Shown here: positions 34,714 to 43,900 of the stretch, piece after piece | Position numbering within the stretch: position 1 is the stretch's first letter | How the letters are laid out: every line of letters starts with the position of its first letter | DNA from: Chrysochromulina tobinii | Taxonomy: Eukaryota | Direction: 5' to 3' | Assembly (NCBI GenBank): GCA_001275005.1 | Contig: JWZX01003398.1 | Span: 62,001 to 107,333 of the forward strand | Length of the DNA: 45,333 bases | The notes under the pieces: generated by a model | What the model was told of the DNA's origin: nothing | The model's input: only the letters and a program-made list of their open reading frames with translations | The model's database searches: none | Program-made: the position numbers and the translations under genes

Positions 34714-35651
34714 GATCACCGTGCGCCTGCCCAGCACCCTTCCTGCCCGTCAAAAGTCACGATAACATTCTCTGTAAACATTCTCGATGTCCTGTGATTA
34801 GGCGCAAGAGAAACTCGATAAACTTTGGAACTTGGCGCCGTGGCGAGCACGAAGGAAGTGAGCTCGACTGTTAAACAAACCTTAAAACCCCCCCCCCCCA
34901 CATCTCCCCAAATCGGCATTGTTGCGTCGGTCCGCGGCGGCAAGGTCGAGGTCCTCGCGAGGGCTCGGCTTGGGCGACCATTGGACCGGCTCAGTGTGGA
35001 TTTGGAAATCCACCCCCCTTTTTGGCGAAACGTCAACCCCCGAAACGACCCCCAAACCCGGCCGACCTCGGCCCCACCAGGCGACCGAAACGACCGCCGA
35101 GTGCATCGGGGTAGTAGTACTGGTACCTGAAGGGAAATTAAATTCCCCCGAGATTGACCCAATTGGATTGACCCGAGATACCCTATCGCCTAATGACACT
35201 GACGAACCCATGACGAACCCCCTCAGATCCTTGGGTCTGACACTGGCAGACGCGTCTGACACTCCAGGGAGTGCGCGGAACGTTACTGGTCCATATGTAA
35301 CGCCTAAAATCTGAGGCCGCAGACCACAGTAGAAACTATGTGCCGCTGAACGAGGCGCTGTGATTGCCTGATTCCTGCCCGCGAGCGCGACCTCTCCCTG
35401 GTCTCAACATGCTCGCTCGTCCGCACTATGGGCGACCAGAGCAGTTGTGTGTGACCCCCAGCCTGGAGGGGGGAGTATGTGTAGTATCCGTATCGGTGTG
35501 TCCTTCCGTTCCCAGAGAACGGCGACCGTTACGCGAGAACCATCGCGTAACCCTGTAGGAAGCGCGTATAGAAACGGGCGGAGTAACAGCGGGTAGGTCT
35601 GACCTACCCCCTTAGGCGGAGGTACCGCTGAAGGTACCGCGTACGAGCACG

Positions 35652-36844
35652 CTACGTACCTGAACGCGGAATTGAAATGCCAACTGAACGAAAACGTTGC
35701 CCGGCTGTGTGTGCCCAGCTAGTGAAGCTGGGAGATGGCAAACTGGAGGCTATCGCCGTCGTGCGCCGCAAACACTGCGAAATGTCTTCGTGGTGATCGC
35801 GCACGTCGCGCTCGAACCGGCGCTTGGCTGCCGCATACACGGCCTGGTCAGCTGCATCGAGAACGTCGCCGAGCTCGGATTCGTTGTATTGCGACGCACG
35901 GCCACCGTTTCCAACTGCAGTGGGACGTACATTCATCAATTCCGCAGCGAACAGCGGAACCCTCCAAAGCTCGCGTGAAACAAGCAGATGGTCTTCTCCC
36001 ACTCCTCGAGCAGCCCAACAAAGGCCATCTCCCTCTCGATGAAGTCGACGACGCGCGGGAGTCGACTAGCAATAAGCCCGCCAGCCACCTCGCAGCATCG
36101 ATACTGCGCGAGGCCGCGGCGACGATCACGGGCGAGTCAGAGGAGAAGCGCGCTGAAGAGCATCATATCGCATCGCATCACATCCGCACCCCTAAAAGCA
36201 TCTTCGCTTGGCAGCCCCGCATCCCTGGCAACAACGCAAACTCGCGCGCCGAGGCAGCAGCCCTCGCTTGTTCGCGACGTCGCGGCCAAAGCCCCCAGTC
36301 TAAGCCACAACAGTGACGCGGATGCTTTCGCAGGTAGGCGCGAGCGGAAAGCAGTCGCTGCAGCGGGCGCCGAAATATGGCAACAACGTTCCCAACGTCG
36401 CGGTGTGGAATTTTGGACATCCAGCGCATCGGCTCGTGAAATCCCTCATGTGTGATCAGACCGGCGAACGGCATCCTGGCCTGCTGCAACAATGAACGAT
36501 TGCTGTTTCTGAGATGCTGAGCAAACGTGAATGACGGAGTTGCTGATGATTCGGCAGGAGTCGACGGCAAGGTTTCGTGAAGCGTGATCTGGATTGTGGA
36601 CGAGTGGGAGGCAAAAGTAAGTGTCACGTTCTGATAGCCTGGTGCAACAAACGCAGGAGGGCGAGCTCGTTGCACACACCGTGATGCTGAAGGAGGAGGC
36701 TGCCTTTGGGGAGTGGACCCAGAAGATGCGCTCGAGCCGGTGACATGCTGTCGGCTGCCAAAGCGGTGTGCCCACTGTGAGGTTGGTGAAAGTATCGTCG
36801 GCGGCTCGGACGAGCGCCTCCGGAGCGGCGCCGATCGCAACCAT
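35652..36844 (-). CDS. Sulfotransferase (Sulfotransfer_2-like), 3 exons, ~338 aa if a 1-nt frameshift at ~35960 is corrected; otherwise truncated or a pseudogene
   Basis: Exons 36844-36680, 36588-36190 and 36103-35652. Motifs: IFWVHSPKAASSF (5'-PSB), VVAIFRRPLQRLLSA (3'-PB), GCQAKMLLG-YRC, MAFVGLLEEWEKTICLFH, and in the shifted frame DQAVYAAAKRRF. The start codon is uncertain. Confidence 0.8.
36104..36189 (-). other. 86-nt spliceosomal intron, phase 0
   Basis: GGG|GTGCGG...CTGAC...GCGCAG|TAT; it contains an in-frame stop, and splicing restores the sulfotransferase frame. Confidence 0.88.
36589..36679 (-). other. 91-nt spliceosomal intron, phase 0
   Basis: ACG|GTGTGT...pyrimidine tract ttacttttgcctccc...TCCAG|ATC joins the two sulfotransferase frames. 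An alternative in-phase acceptor would give a 49-nt intron. Confidence 0.7.
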
Positions 36845-37016
36845 CGCGATCGCGGTCCACGAAGAACGCGCATACCGCCCACGAGAGCGCGCTTTTAAGG
36901 AAGTCGAAAGCTAATTTCTTACCTTGACGGCTACATTCTACCTTATAAGGTAGTATTAGTACTATGCCGGAAGGGCGCACTAGGCCTCCAAGGGCTGAAG
37001 TTCACACAAATCCTCA

Positions 37017-39704
37017 TCATCGAGCGTTCTCGCGGGTTCGAGGATCCTGCTCTGTGGGGGAACTCACAGGGCGCTTCTCCTTGTCCACGGCGAGGCGCGA
37101 GTGCTGTTTGGAGCGCTCCCTGAAACCGCTGCGGCTGTTGCTGATCGACGACCCTTCAGTGTGAGCCCGATCCTTCGCCGTGAGAATATGCCGGCCAAGG
37201 GCGGCACGGCTCATGCCGCCAAGGGCGCCCTCGCTACTTGGCGGCGTCGGCGGCGGCAGCACAGGCCGCGGCGGCACGCAGTCGGGGCATAGGTCATACC
37301 GGCATGTGCCGCAGTGGAAGAAGTGGAGGATGTGCTCGTCGCACCTTACCCAACACTCGTCGCATCTGACATTGGACTTGTAGTACGAGGGCGCCGTCAT
37401 GCGCCGCTCCATGGCGTGGCCGCGCTTGCACAGCATCGGCATCACATCAAACGGCAAGCTGTTCCGCCGCCGTCGCTCGGGCTCCACGAAGGGCATGTAC
37501 TGAGCGCTGCGCGCGCACGGCAGCAGCCGGCGCCAGCCACCAGCAGCCTTGCTACGCGCATATTCCGTATCAACCACATGCAATGTCCAGAGCTCAAGGT
37601 CGCTCAGCGCGGCGAGAGCGGGAGGGTCGGGCGCTGTGGCGAGCACGGCGGCAGCGACGGCGGCGGCGGCGGCGGCGGTGGCTGCGGTGACGGCGGGGAC
37701 GGCGGCGGCGGTGGCTGCGGGGACGGCGGGGGAGGGTGTGCCGTCGGCCGTCCGGTTAGCCCTGCCGGCTCCACCGCTGCCATCGGCGCTACCATCGCTT
37801 GCACGCTCAGCGTGCTTGTCGTTCACCTGATCGTGTTCGGTGTTGTCGTCCGCGCAGTGCGCAGCGAGGCCGCGTACTCTGTCGAGGTCGCTCGTGACTC
37901 TGGAGGAGAGGGCAGCGATGCGGCCGCGGTCTGAGGCGTTGGGCGCCGAGTTGGGCGCGACGCGTCGGCTCTGGGGACGGCCCGTGGACTGTGGACTGCC
38001 CGCAGCGGCGCGCATCACAGCCTGGCCAGTGGGTGCGCTCGGCCCGACCACATGCAGAAGATCGGCGAGCATTGCGGCTTTGACCTTCAGGTCCAAGGGC
38101 GTGTCGGCGTCCAGCGAGGGGTCAAGGTTTGCCTCGAGCAGCCACGGCTTAGCGGCGGCGTCGAAGAGCACGTCGAAGCCGAAGACCTGGAAGCAGTGCT
38201 GGTTGGGCGCGCCGTGCGCCTCGGCGGGCAGCTGCGCCTCCGTCGCGCGCGTCACCGTCGGCTCGACGGCGAGCAGCGCCTTAATGATCAGATCATCCAC
38301 ACTCGCCCACGCGCGTGCGGCCACTGCCTCACCGAGCTGCTCCACCATGCGTTTCTTGTACGCCGAGAGCGTCCACTTGGAACCAGTCGCGTCGGCGTCG
38401 GCCGCGCTCGCGAGCGTCGCCTGCGGCGCGACGAAGGTACTCGAATGCTTATTGATCGAGTAATTCGTCAAATGGGCAGTGCGTGTCTCAATGTCGCGGG
38501 TCGTGTACGGTTCGGTCGCAAAACGGCCGAGGCCCTCGTTGTATAGGTAGCAGACGAGCGGGTGGAACGAGGTCACGAGCACGTACAGGCGCACGTCCGA
38601 CTTGTACCCGCCCATGAGCATCGGCGGGTCGATGTACCGGCATGCGACGCCGCGATGGCGCCTTACAGCGTCGCTCAGTAGGCCGCCGCCACCGCCGCCC
38701 CCCCAGCCCCCCCACCTCGAGGAGCGCGTCGCGCGGTGCAGGAAGATGCCGATGCCGCACGACGCGCCCTTGGATGCCAAGGACACGCCCTTGGACAGGT
38801 CCACATCGTCTGGTTTGAGGATCCATAGGTCATTCGCACCATCGGGCTCACTGAGCCGGCGTGCAAGGTGTGATTCGTATGCCTCGAGCGAGCCTGGGAG
38901 CACGAAGCACTCAGGCATGAAGTCGTACGAAGCCCCGCCATGCAGCTTCTGCATGGCCTCAAAGTGCGTCCACAGCGCCAGCTTCGAAGTGAGCGCCGTC
39001 GTCTGCGGGAACTTGTTGATGCGCTGCCACGGGCGCAGCCCGCTCAGGTACTCAGGCAACGGCAGCCCGGAGCACCAGAATATGGACCACGCAAGGTGCT
39101 CGAAGACATCGACCTTGTCGTACCCGTGGTCGCGCAAGATGACCTGCACCAAGTTGGAGTTTTGCATCCCTTTCCCAAAATTCACCGCCGCGCGGTAATT
39201 CTCAAAGTAGCCGAGCCAAGACGGCCCAGCTTGCCATGCATCGTAGCATGGCACTCCCACGGGCCGCTCCTGCCACTTCTGGTCTACGCGCAGACCTTGG
39301 ACGTGATGAAAACGGACGCGTCGCTCTTCTGAGGACAGTACGACCGGTGATGTTTCTGAGGGTGAGCACCACGGGAGTGTTGCATCTGAGCTTTCGCCGG
39401 CACGGAGCTGCTTGCTCGAGGCAGCACACTCATCCACGGACGCTGCTGACTGCCTCTCTTCCGCAGAGTTGGCGGCGGAAACGGCCTCTCGCTCCTCGGC
39501 CATCGCCGCGTCGGTGATCCAAGGCACTACCTTGGCGACGCACTCCATGATGTGCCAAGTTGTTGGTTTCTTCCGTCTTGCGTCTTGGAGAAGTTGGAAG
39601 TTTTCGCACGGTTTTGGGCAACCTCGCGGCGGCTGCCTCGGCTTCGCGGACGCGAAGATCCATGCGACATGCCCTGCTTCCTGTTCAAGGCATGCCACTC
39701 TCAT
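37017..39704 (-). CDS. Tubulin-tyrosine-ligase-like protein (TTLL4/5-type polyglutamylase) with C-terminal Cys/His zinc-finger
   Basis: QRINKFP, WILKP, RYIDPP, KSDVRLYVLVTSFHPL, GLGRFATEPY, HLTNYSINK, CFQVFGFDVLFD..KPWLLEANLDPSL. The true start may be the downstream ATG at 39548, because 39704 is only 70 nt from the upstream gene's stop. Confidence 0.92.
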   Translation of the reverse strand: MRVACLEQEAGHVAWIFASAKPRQPPRGCPKPCENFQLLQDARRKKPTTWHIMECVAKVVPWITDAAMAEEREAVSAANSAEERQSAASVDECAASSKQLRAGESSDATLPWCSPSETSPVVLSSEERRVRFHHVQGLRVDQKWQERPVGVPCYDAWQAGPSWLGYFENYRAAVNFGKGMQNSNLVQVILRDHGYDKVDVFEHLAWSIFWCSGLPLPEYLSGLRPWQRINKFPQTTALTSKLALWTHFEAMQKLHGGASYDFMPECFVLPGSLEAYESHLARRLSEPDGANDLWILKPDDVDLSKGVSLASKGASCGIGIFLHRATRSSRWGGWGGGGGGGLLSDAVRRHRGVACRYIDPPMLMGGYKSDVRLYVLVTSFHPLVCYLYNEGLGRFATEPYTTRDIETRTAHLTNYSINKHSSTFVAPQATLASAADADATGSKWTLSAYKKRMVEQLGEAVAARAWASVDDLIIKALLAVEPTVTRATEAQLPAEAHGAPNQHCFQVFGFDVLFDAAAKPWLLEANLDPSLDADTPLDLKVKAAMLADLLHVVGPSAPTGQAVMRAAAGSPQSTGRPQSRRVAPNSAPNASDRGRIAALSSRVTSDLDRVRGLAAHCADDNTEHDQVNDKHAERASDGSADGSGGAGRANRTADGTPSPAVPAATAAAVPAVTAATAAAAAAVAAAVLATAPDPPALAALSDLELWTLHVVDTEYARSKAAGGWRRLLPCARSAQYMPFVEPERRRRNSLPFDVMPMLCKRGHAMERRMTAPSYYKSNVRCDECWVRCDEHILHFFHCGTCRYDLCPDCVPPRPVLPPPTPPSSEGALGGMSRAALGRHILTAKDRAHTEGSSISNSRSGFRERSKQHSRLAVDKEKRPVSSPTEQDPRTRENAR

Positions 39705-39773
39705 TAGTTACACGCTCTACTGTACGGCAGGCTGCATCGAGACTGCGCGCGCGGCCGCCGGCCGGCGCTCAGC

Positions 39774-40604
39774 TTACTCCTCACCCGCGATCCTCGCCGC
39801 CTCGTATAGCGAGATCGGGTCGAGCCATACGTCGTCCTTGATGGCGTCGCATATCATCTGCGCCTCGCGCGCCAACTGGGCGCGCTCCGCAATGTCCTCG
39901 TCGTCCTCCTCGCCCACCTCGAGTGGCGCATGCTCGCCGAGCTCGGTGCACAGCATCGTCATCAGCAGTGTGGGTACCGAGTTCATCGGCGCGTCGTCCT
40001 CTGCGCACGCCTCGTCCTGACCGCGCGAGCGCTTGCCCGTGCCGTGGTCGCTGACCGCATCGGCGCCCGGTGCCGCCGCGGCCGCCTGTGCCGCCGCCTC
40101 CGTCGCTCTGTCATGCCTCGTGAGCGCCACTTCTGGATCGTATTCGGGCCGTCGCCACGCAATCTCGCTCGCCTCGAGGCGCAGCAAGCCGTCCGTCCAG
40201 GTGATGCGCTTCTCGAGTACGCGGTTGCTAAAGAACGGGTTGCTCTCGTTAAACGTGAGGATGAGGGTGTACCCAGAGTGCACGTCGGCCGCCTCTTCGA
40301 CTCGAACGTCCTCAAGGTGTGTGAGGATCTCACGGTCGCGTTTAGTCGCGAATCTCTCGAGAGTCCCGTGACCGAGGATCGCACGCCGCCAGAAACCCCG
40401 GATCGCCGTGAGCGCCCTCGCCCGTTCGGCAAAAAGCGGTGCGCGCCGCGCATTCGCAGCCGCGTGCACCCTGAGCACCTCTGCGGCTGCCTCCTCGGTG
40501 ATAGCGTTCAGCGAAGACTGCACCTCGTTCGCCTGTTGGATTGAAGACGATTCAAGGTCGCTATGCGGACCCAAGTGGCCGAGCTTTGGACGCTTGTCGC
40601 TCAT
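39774..40604 (-). CDS. Nucleosome assembly protein (NAP1/SET/NRP family histone chaperone)
   Basis: Long dimerisation helix, then RAPLFAERARAL..IRGFW, DREILTHLEDVRVE, FNESNPFFSNRVLEK, SEIAWR, IKDDVWLDPISLY. First ATG (MSDKRPK, NLS-like) at 40604. Confidence 0.92.
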   Translation of the reverse strand: MSDKRPKLGHLGPHSDLESSSIQQANEVQSSLNAITEEAAAEVLRVHAAANARRAPLFAERARALTAIRGFWRRAILGHGTLERFATKRDREILTHLEDVRVEEAADVHSGYTLILTFNESNPFFSNRVLEKRITWTDGLLRLEASEIAWRRPEYDPEVALTRHDRATEAAAQAAAAAPGADAVSDHGTGKRSRGQDEACAEDDAPMNSVPTLLMTMLCTELGEHAPLEVGEEDDEDIAERAQLAREAQMICDAIKDDVWLDPISLYEAARIAGEE

Positions 40605-40906
40605 CGAGCGTGGGCCAGCCGGAGCCGACACTGACGACCATTTATCGAGGATTTCCCGTTCACAGATTGCGCGGCGCTTGCGCCTTGTGCGCCGCGTTCA
40701 GTGCGTTCATATCCAGCATACTTGCATGTTCCTGTTCTTGCATGAGCGCCGCTGTATACTGTGTGTTCCTGTTTTAACCTCACACGCACACAGTCACTGA
40801 CAACTACGGTAAACGACTGTGCACATTCTCCGACCTCCATCTCAGTGAAACGGCACACAAACAACCCGCACTTGACATGCACTGGCACACGCAACGAGCG
40901 AGCGAG

Positions 40907-43900
40907 TTACAACAAAGTGTTCGCGATTCCGCCAGCGTGGCCCTCGAGCTCGCCGGCGGCGACGAGTGAGTCGCTGCCCTCTGGCATGAGCGCATGTGAT
41001 CGCTTCCACAGCCATGTCGTCTTCCGCCCGCTCGGCCTCATCCCATGCGTCAACAGGCCTGCCGCGAACCACTCCTCGATGGGCTCCCCCGGGAAGGGCT
41101 CGGGGGAGGGCTCGGGGGAGGGAGAAGGCGAGGGCTCTAGGCCCATCTCGAAATTCGTCAGTCTCGAGCCGCGAGCCCGAGCAAGTTTGGGCGGGGGGCA
41201 GCCACATGACGCAGCACACTTGGCGTTCATGAACTCGATCTGTTTCTGGCACTCGCCCTGGTTGGCCCACTCAGCGCACGGCACATCCGTGCTGTCGTGC
41301 CCCCAGTGGCACGGCGCACTGGCGGCGAGCATCAGAGGTGCGCGGGTCGCGGGGAGCATGTGAAGATCTTCAACAGCGAGATGCACGGGGTCAACTAATG
41401 ACTCGTCGCTCGCCACCTCCACCACTTCGAGGCTGTCAAAGAGCGTCGGCTTCTGAGCGCAGTCGGCGTCTGTCCAACTGTCACATTGGCTCATGTCGCG
41501 CAGCCACACGTCGGCACCGTTGGGCCCGCTACCGTCGCCGCGGGCAAACTGTCCGTCGTTGATAGCAAAGGTGACCTCCCGCCAGCGCGACGTGCCTTTG
41601 GTGTCGACCACCCATCCCCGGGGGCCGTCCAAGGCGTCGTAGCCCACGAAAAACTGGCCAACGGAGTTGTCGAGGAACACGAGGCGCAGAGTCAGGTGAG
41701 CTCGTGATGCGGTCAGCGGCAGTCCACCCCACAGCCCCTGGTCCAGCACCATCTCAATGGTCGATTGCGGGTGCGCAAAGCCCCGCGAGTAGCGGCCATA
41801 CATTTGGTCCTTGGGCCCCTGCCACCAGTAGCCCACGCTTCCGGAGCTGTTGTCGCGGCGTTGCATGAACATGCCGTAGTCGCTCCGCCAAACGTCCACG
41901 TTGACGTCGTTGGTGCCGTTACCGTACGCTAGCGCTGTCTTGCCAGAGTCGGTGGACACGTCCATCTCGATGCGGCAGCCATTCTTTGCGAAGGAGTCAC
42001 AGATGGAACGTTGACGATTCGCAAGCAACGCTTGACTATCAGGCGACTGCGATGTACGCAAGGACATCGTTTGCCAGTTTTGGGGTAACTCGCCGAACTC
42101 CGCCTCAGGGAAGCGCTCCACGTCGAGCGTGTCGAGGCCGTCCCTGAAGCCGATCCAGGCCCCCGGAGACTGCCAGCTCCAGCGGACACCGCTGTAGCGA
42201 TTCAGAAACCTCCACACGCCATCAAAGCTTGTTCCCGTCAGCTGCTGCTTTGCAGCTGTGAGCGGAATGTTCCAGTAGTCGATGCGGGTCGTGAGCGCCC
42301 ACATGGCTACAGCATACAGGTGCTGGTTCTGCATGAGGCAGCTTGGCGCGACTGGCTCTGCGCCCAGCTGTCCGCGGCTGCCCTCCTCGCCTGTCCAGCA
42401 CCAGAACTTGTCCAGGTCGGCTCGGGAGCGCACGGGTCCATCTTCCGTCACCCTGAAAGTGTTGAGGATGGAGTGGGCGACGCGCGTGCGCTCGCCTGAC
42501 AGCCCGGCACCTTCGCCCTCTTTGTTGCGCATGAGCCAAGAGCCGGGGGCATTCGCATCGAGCCACTCATTGGTAAACAGCTGCACTTCTTGCATCCGCT
42601 TGGCAGTCTGACTTGCACTATTCATTCCGTTTGCGAGGTTCACCCATGTCTTCGGATCGTCGCTCGTCACCATCAGCCGCATTCCGGCGTCTTCGCGATG
42701 CGACGCGTAGACGTCGTTGAAAAGGCAAGCTGTCACGCTCTGAGCATACGTCTCAAACGCCGGGCGCCTCGAAACGACTAGACCCCTGACGGTAGCTCCG
42801 CTGGGGCACATAAAATGATCCAAGGACACATTGCGAGGCGGAGCGAACGCATCGAATTCGCAGCGGCCGCAGCGATTCCATCTTGCATCCGTGGGCGTCG
42901 ATTGGCCCTGAGGATCCGTCCAGACATAGTCCGCCTCGGTTCGAATTGGGTGGAAGTAGACTGGCGCGTTCTGAACGCCGCTGCCGATGGACGCTTGCAA
43001 GTACAGAAGCCTGAGCTGGCTGTTGATGACGCGCATATCATTGAGTTTCGCCGCGAGCGCCATGTGCGCGCGCTTGTAGCGAGCCAAGTAGGTAACATCG
43101 TGGAAATTGGGCACCGCGAACGCGGTTTCACTGCACGTGGCGGCGTCTGCCGCGTATACCGAATGGCGCCGTCGTGCGCACGACTCGGCGTACTTGGTCA
43201 CATTGAACGGCGACTCAAAGAGCCATTGAGGGTAGTAGTTTGGACCCGAGAGGAAGGTGATCCCCACTGCGAACGGCTTGCTCCTCTTTGTAACGTCGAG
43301 CAGCAGCGAGTCGAATGCGGCCCAGTTGTACTCGTCTGGCTTCGGCTCAAACTCCGACCACCTGACGACGAGGTTGACGTTGCGCCACATCGAGCGGTTC
43401 TCGGTCTTCACGGTGCCAATAGGGTCCGTGCCATACACTGAGAGCCCTGTCTCCAATCCATCCAAGGACCAAATATCGGCGTCTTCAGATCCGTTGTGGT
43501 TTCCTAGGCACAGCGAGCCGCAGCCCTGGCACTCGGGACGTGAGCCGCAGCCAGTCGACATAACAAGGCACGACTCTGGATCGCACGTCGAGAGGAGAGC
43601 GACCTCTGCTTTGGCTTCTGCGCTGGTGACAAAGCTGTGCTCGCCGCACGTGGGTTCCACCGCCAGCGCCGCCACCCGCTTCAGATCATGTTCCGTGCGA
43701 TATTCCCACACCGCGGCCCCATCCCATGGCGGTAGGATCGTCGATAGCTTATGTGCAACATGTGGTGGCGGAGGCGGGCTGCAATGGTAGAGGGCCGCCT
43801 GCTCCATGAGCTTGGATTTGGTCATCGAGTTGAAGATGAGCTCACGAGATTCGCGCGAGAGGAGCTCGTTGGCCGACGAGCTGTCGAAGCTGCTCTCGGC

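Noticed and set aside
12264..34765. Many 100-340 aa + strand ORFs opposite the giant gene, and similar ones opposite other genes
   Set aside because: These are antisense shadows expected from high-GC codon bias, with no recognisable motifs.
10926..34964. Weak inverted similarity between ~10926-10954 and ~34935-34964 as termini of a giant element carrying the helicase gene
   Set aside because: The match is short, gapped and GC-rich, with no TSD and no transposase or recombinase in the interval.
34716..35558. ORFs of 64-148 aa in the intergenic region
   Set aside because: They lack motifs, rely mostly on alternative start codons, have atypical composition and overlap the palindrome-rich non-coding tract.
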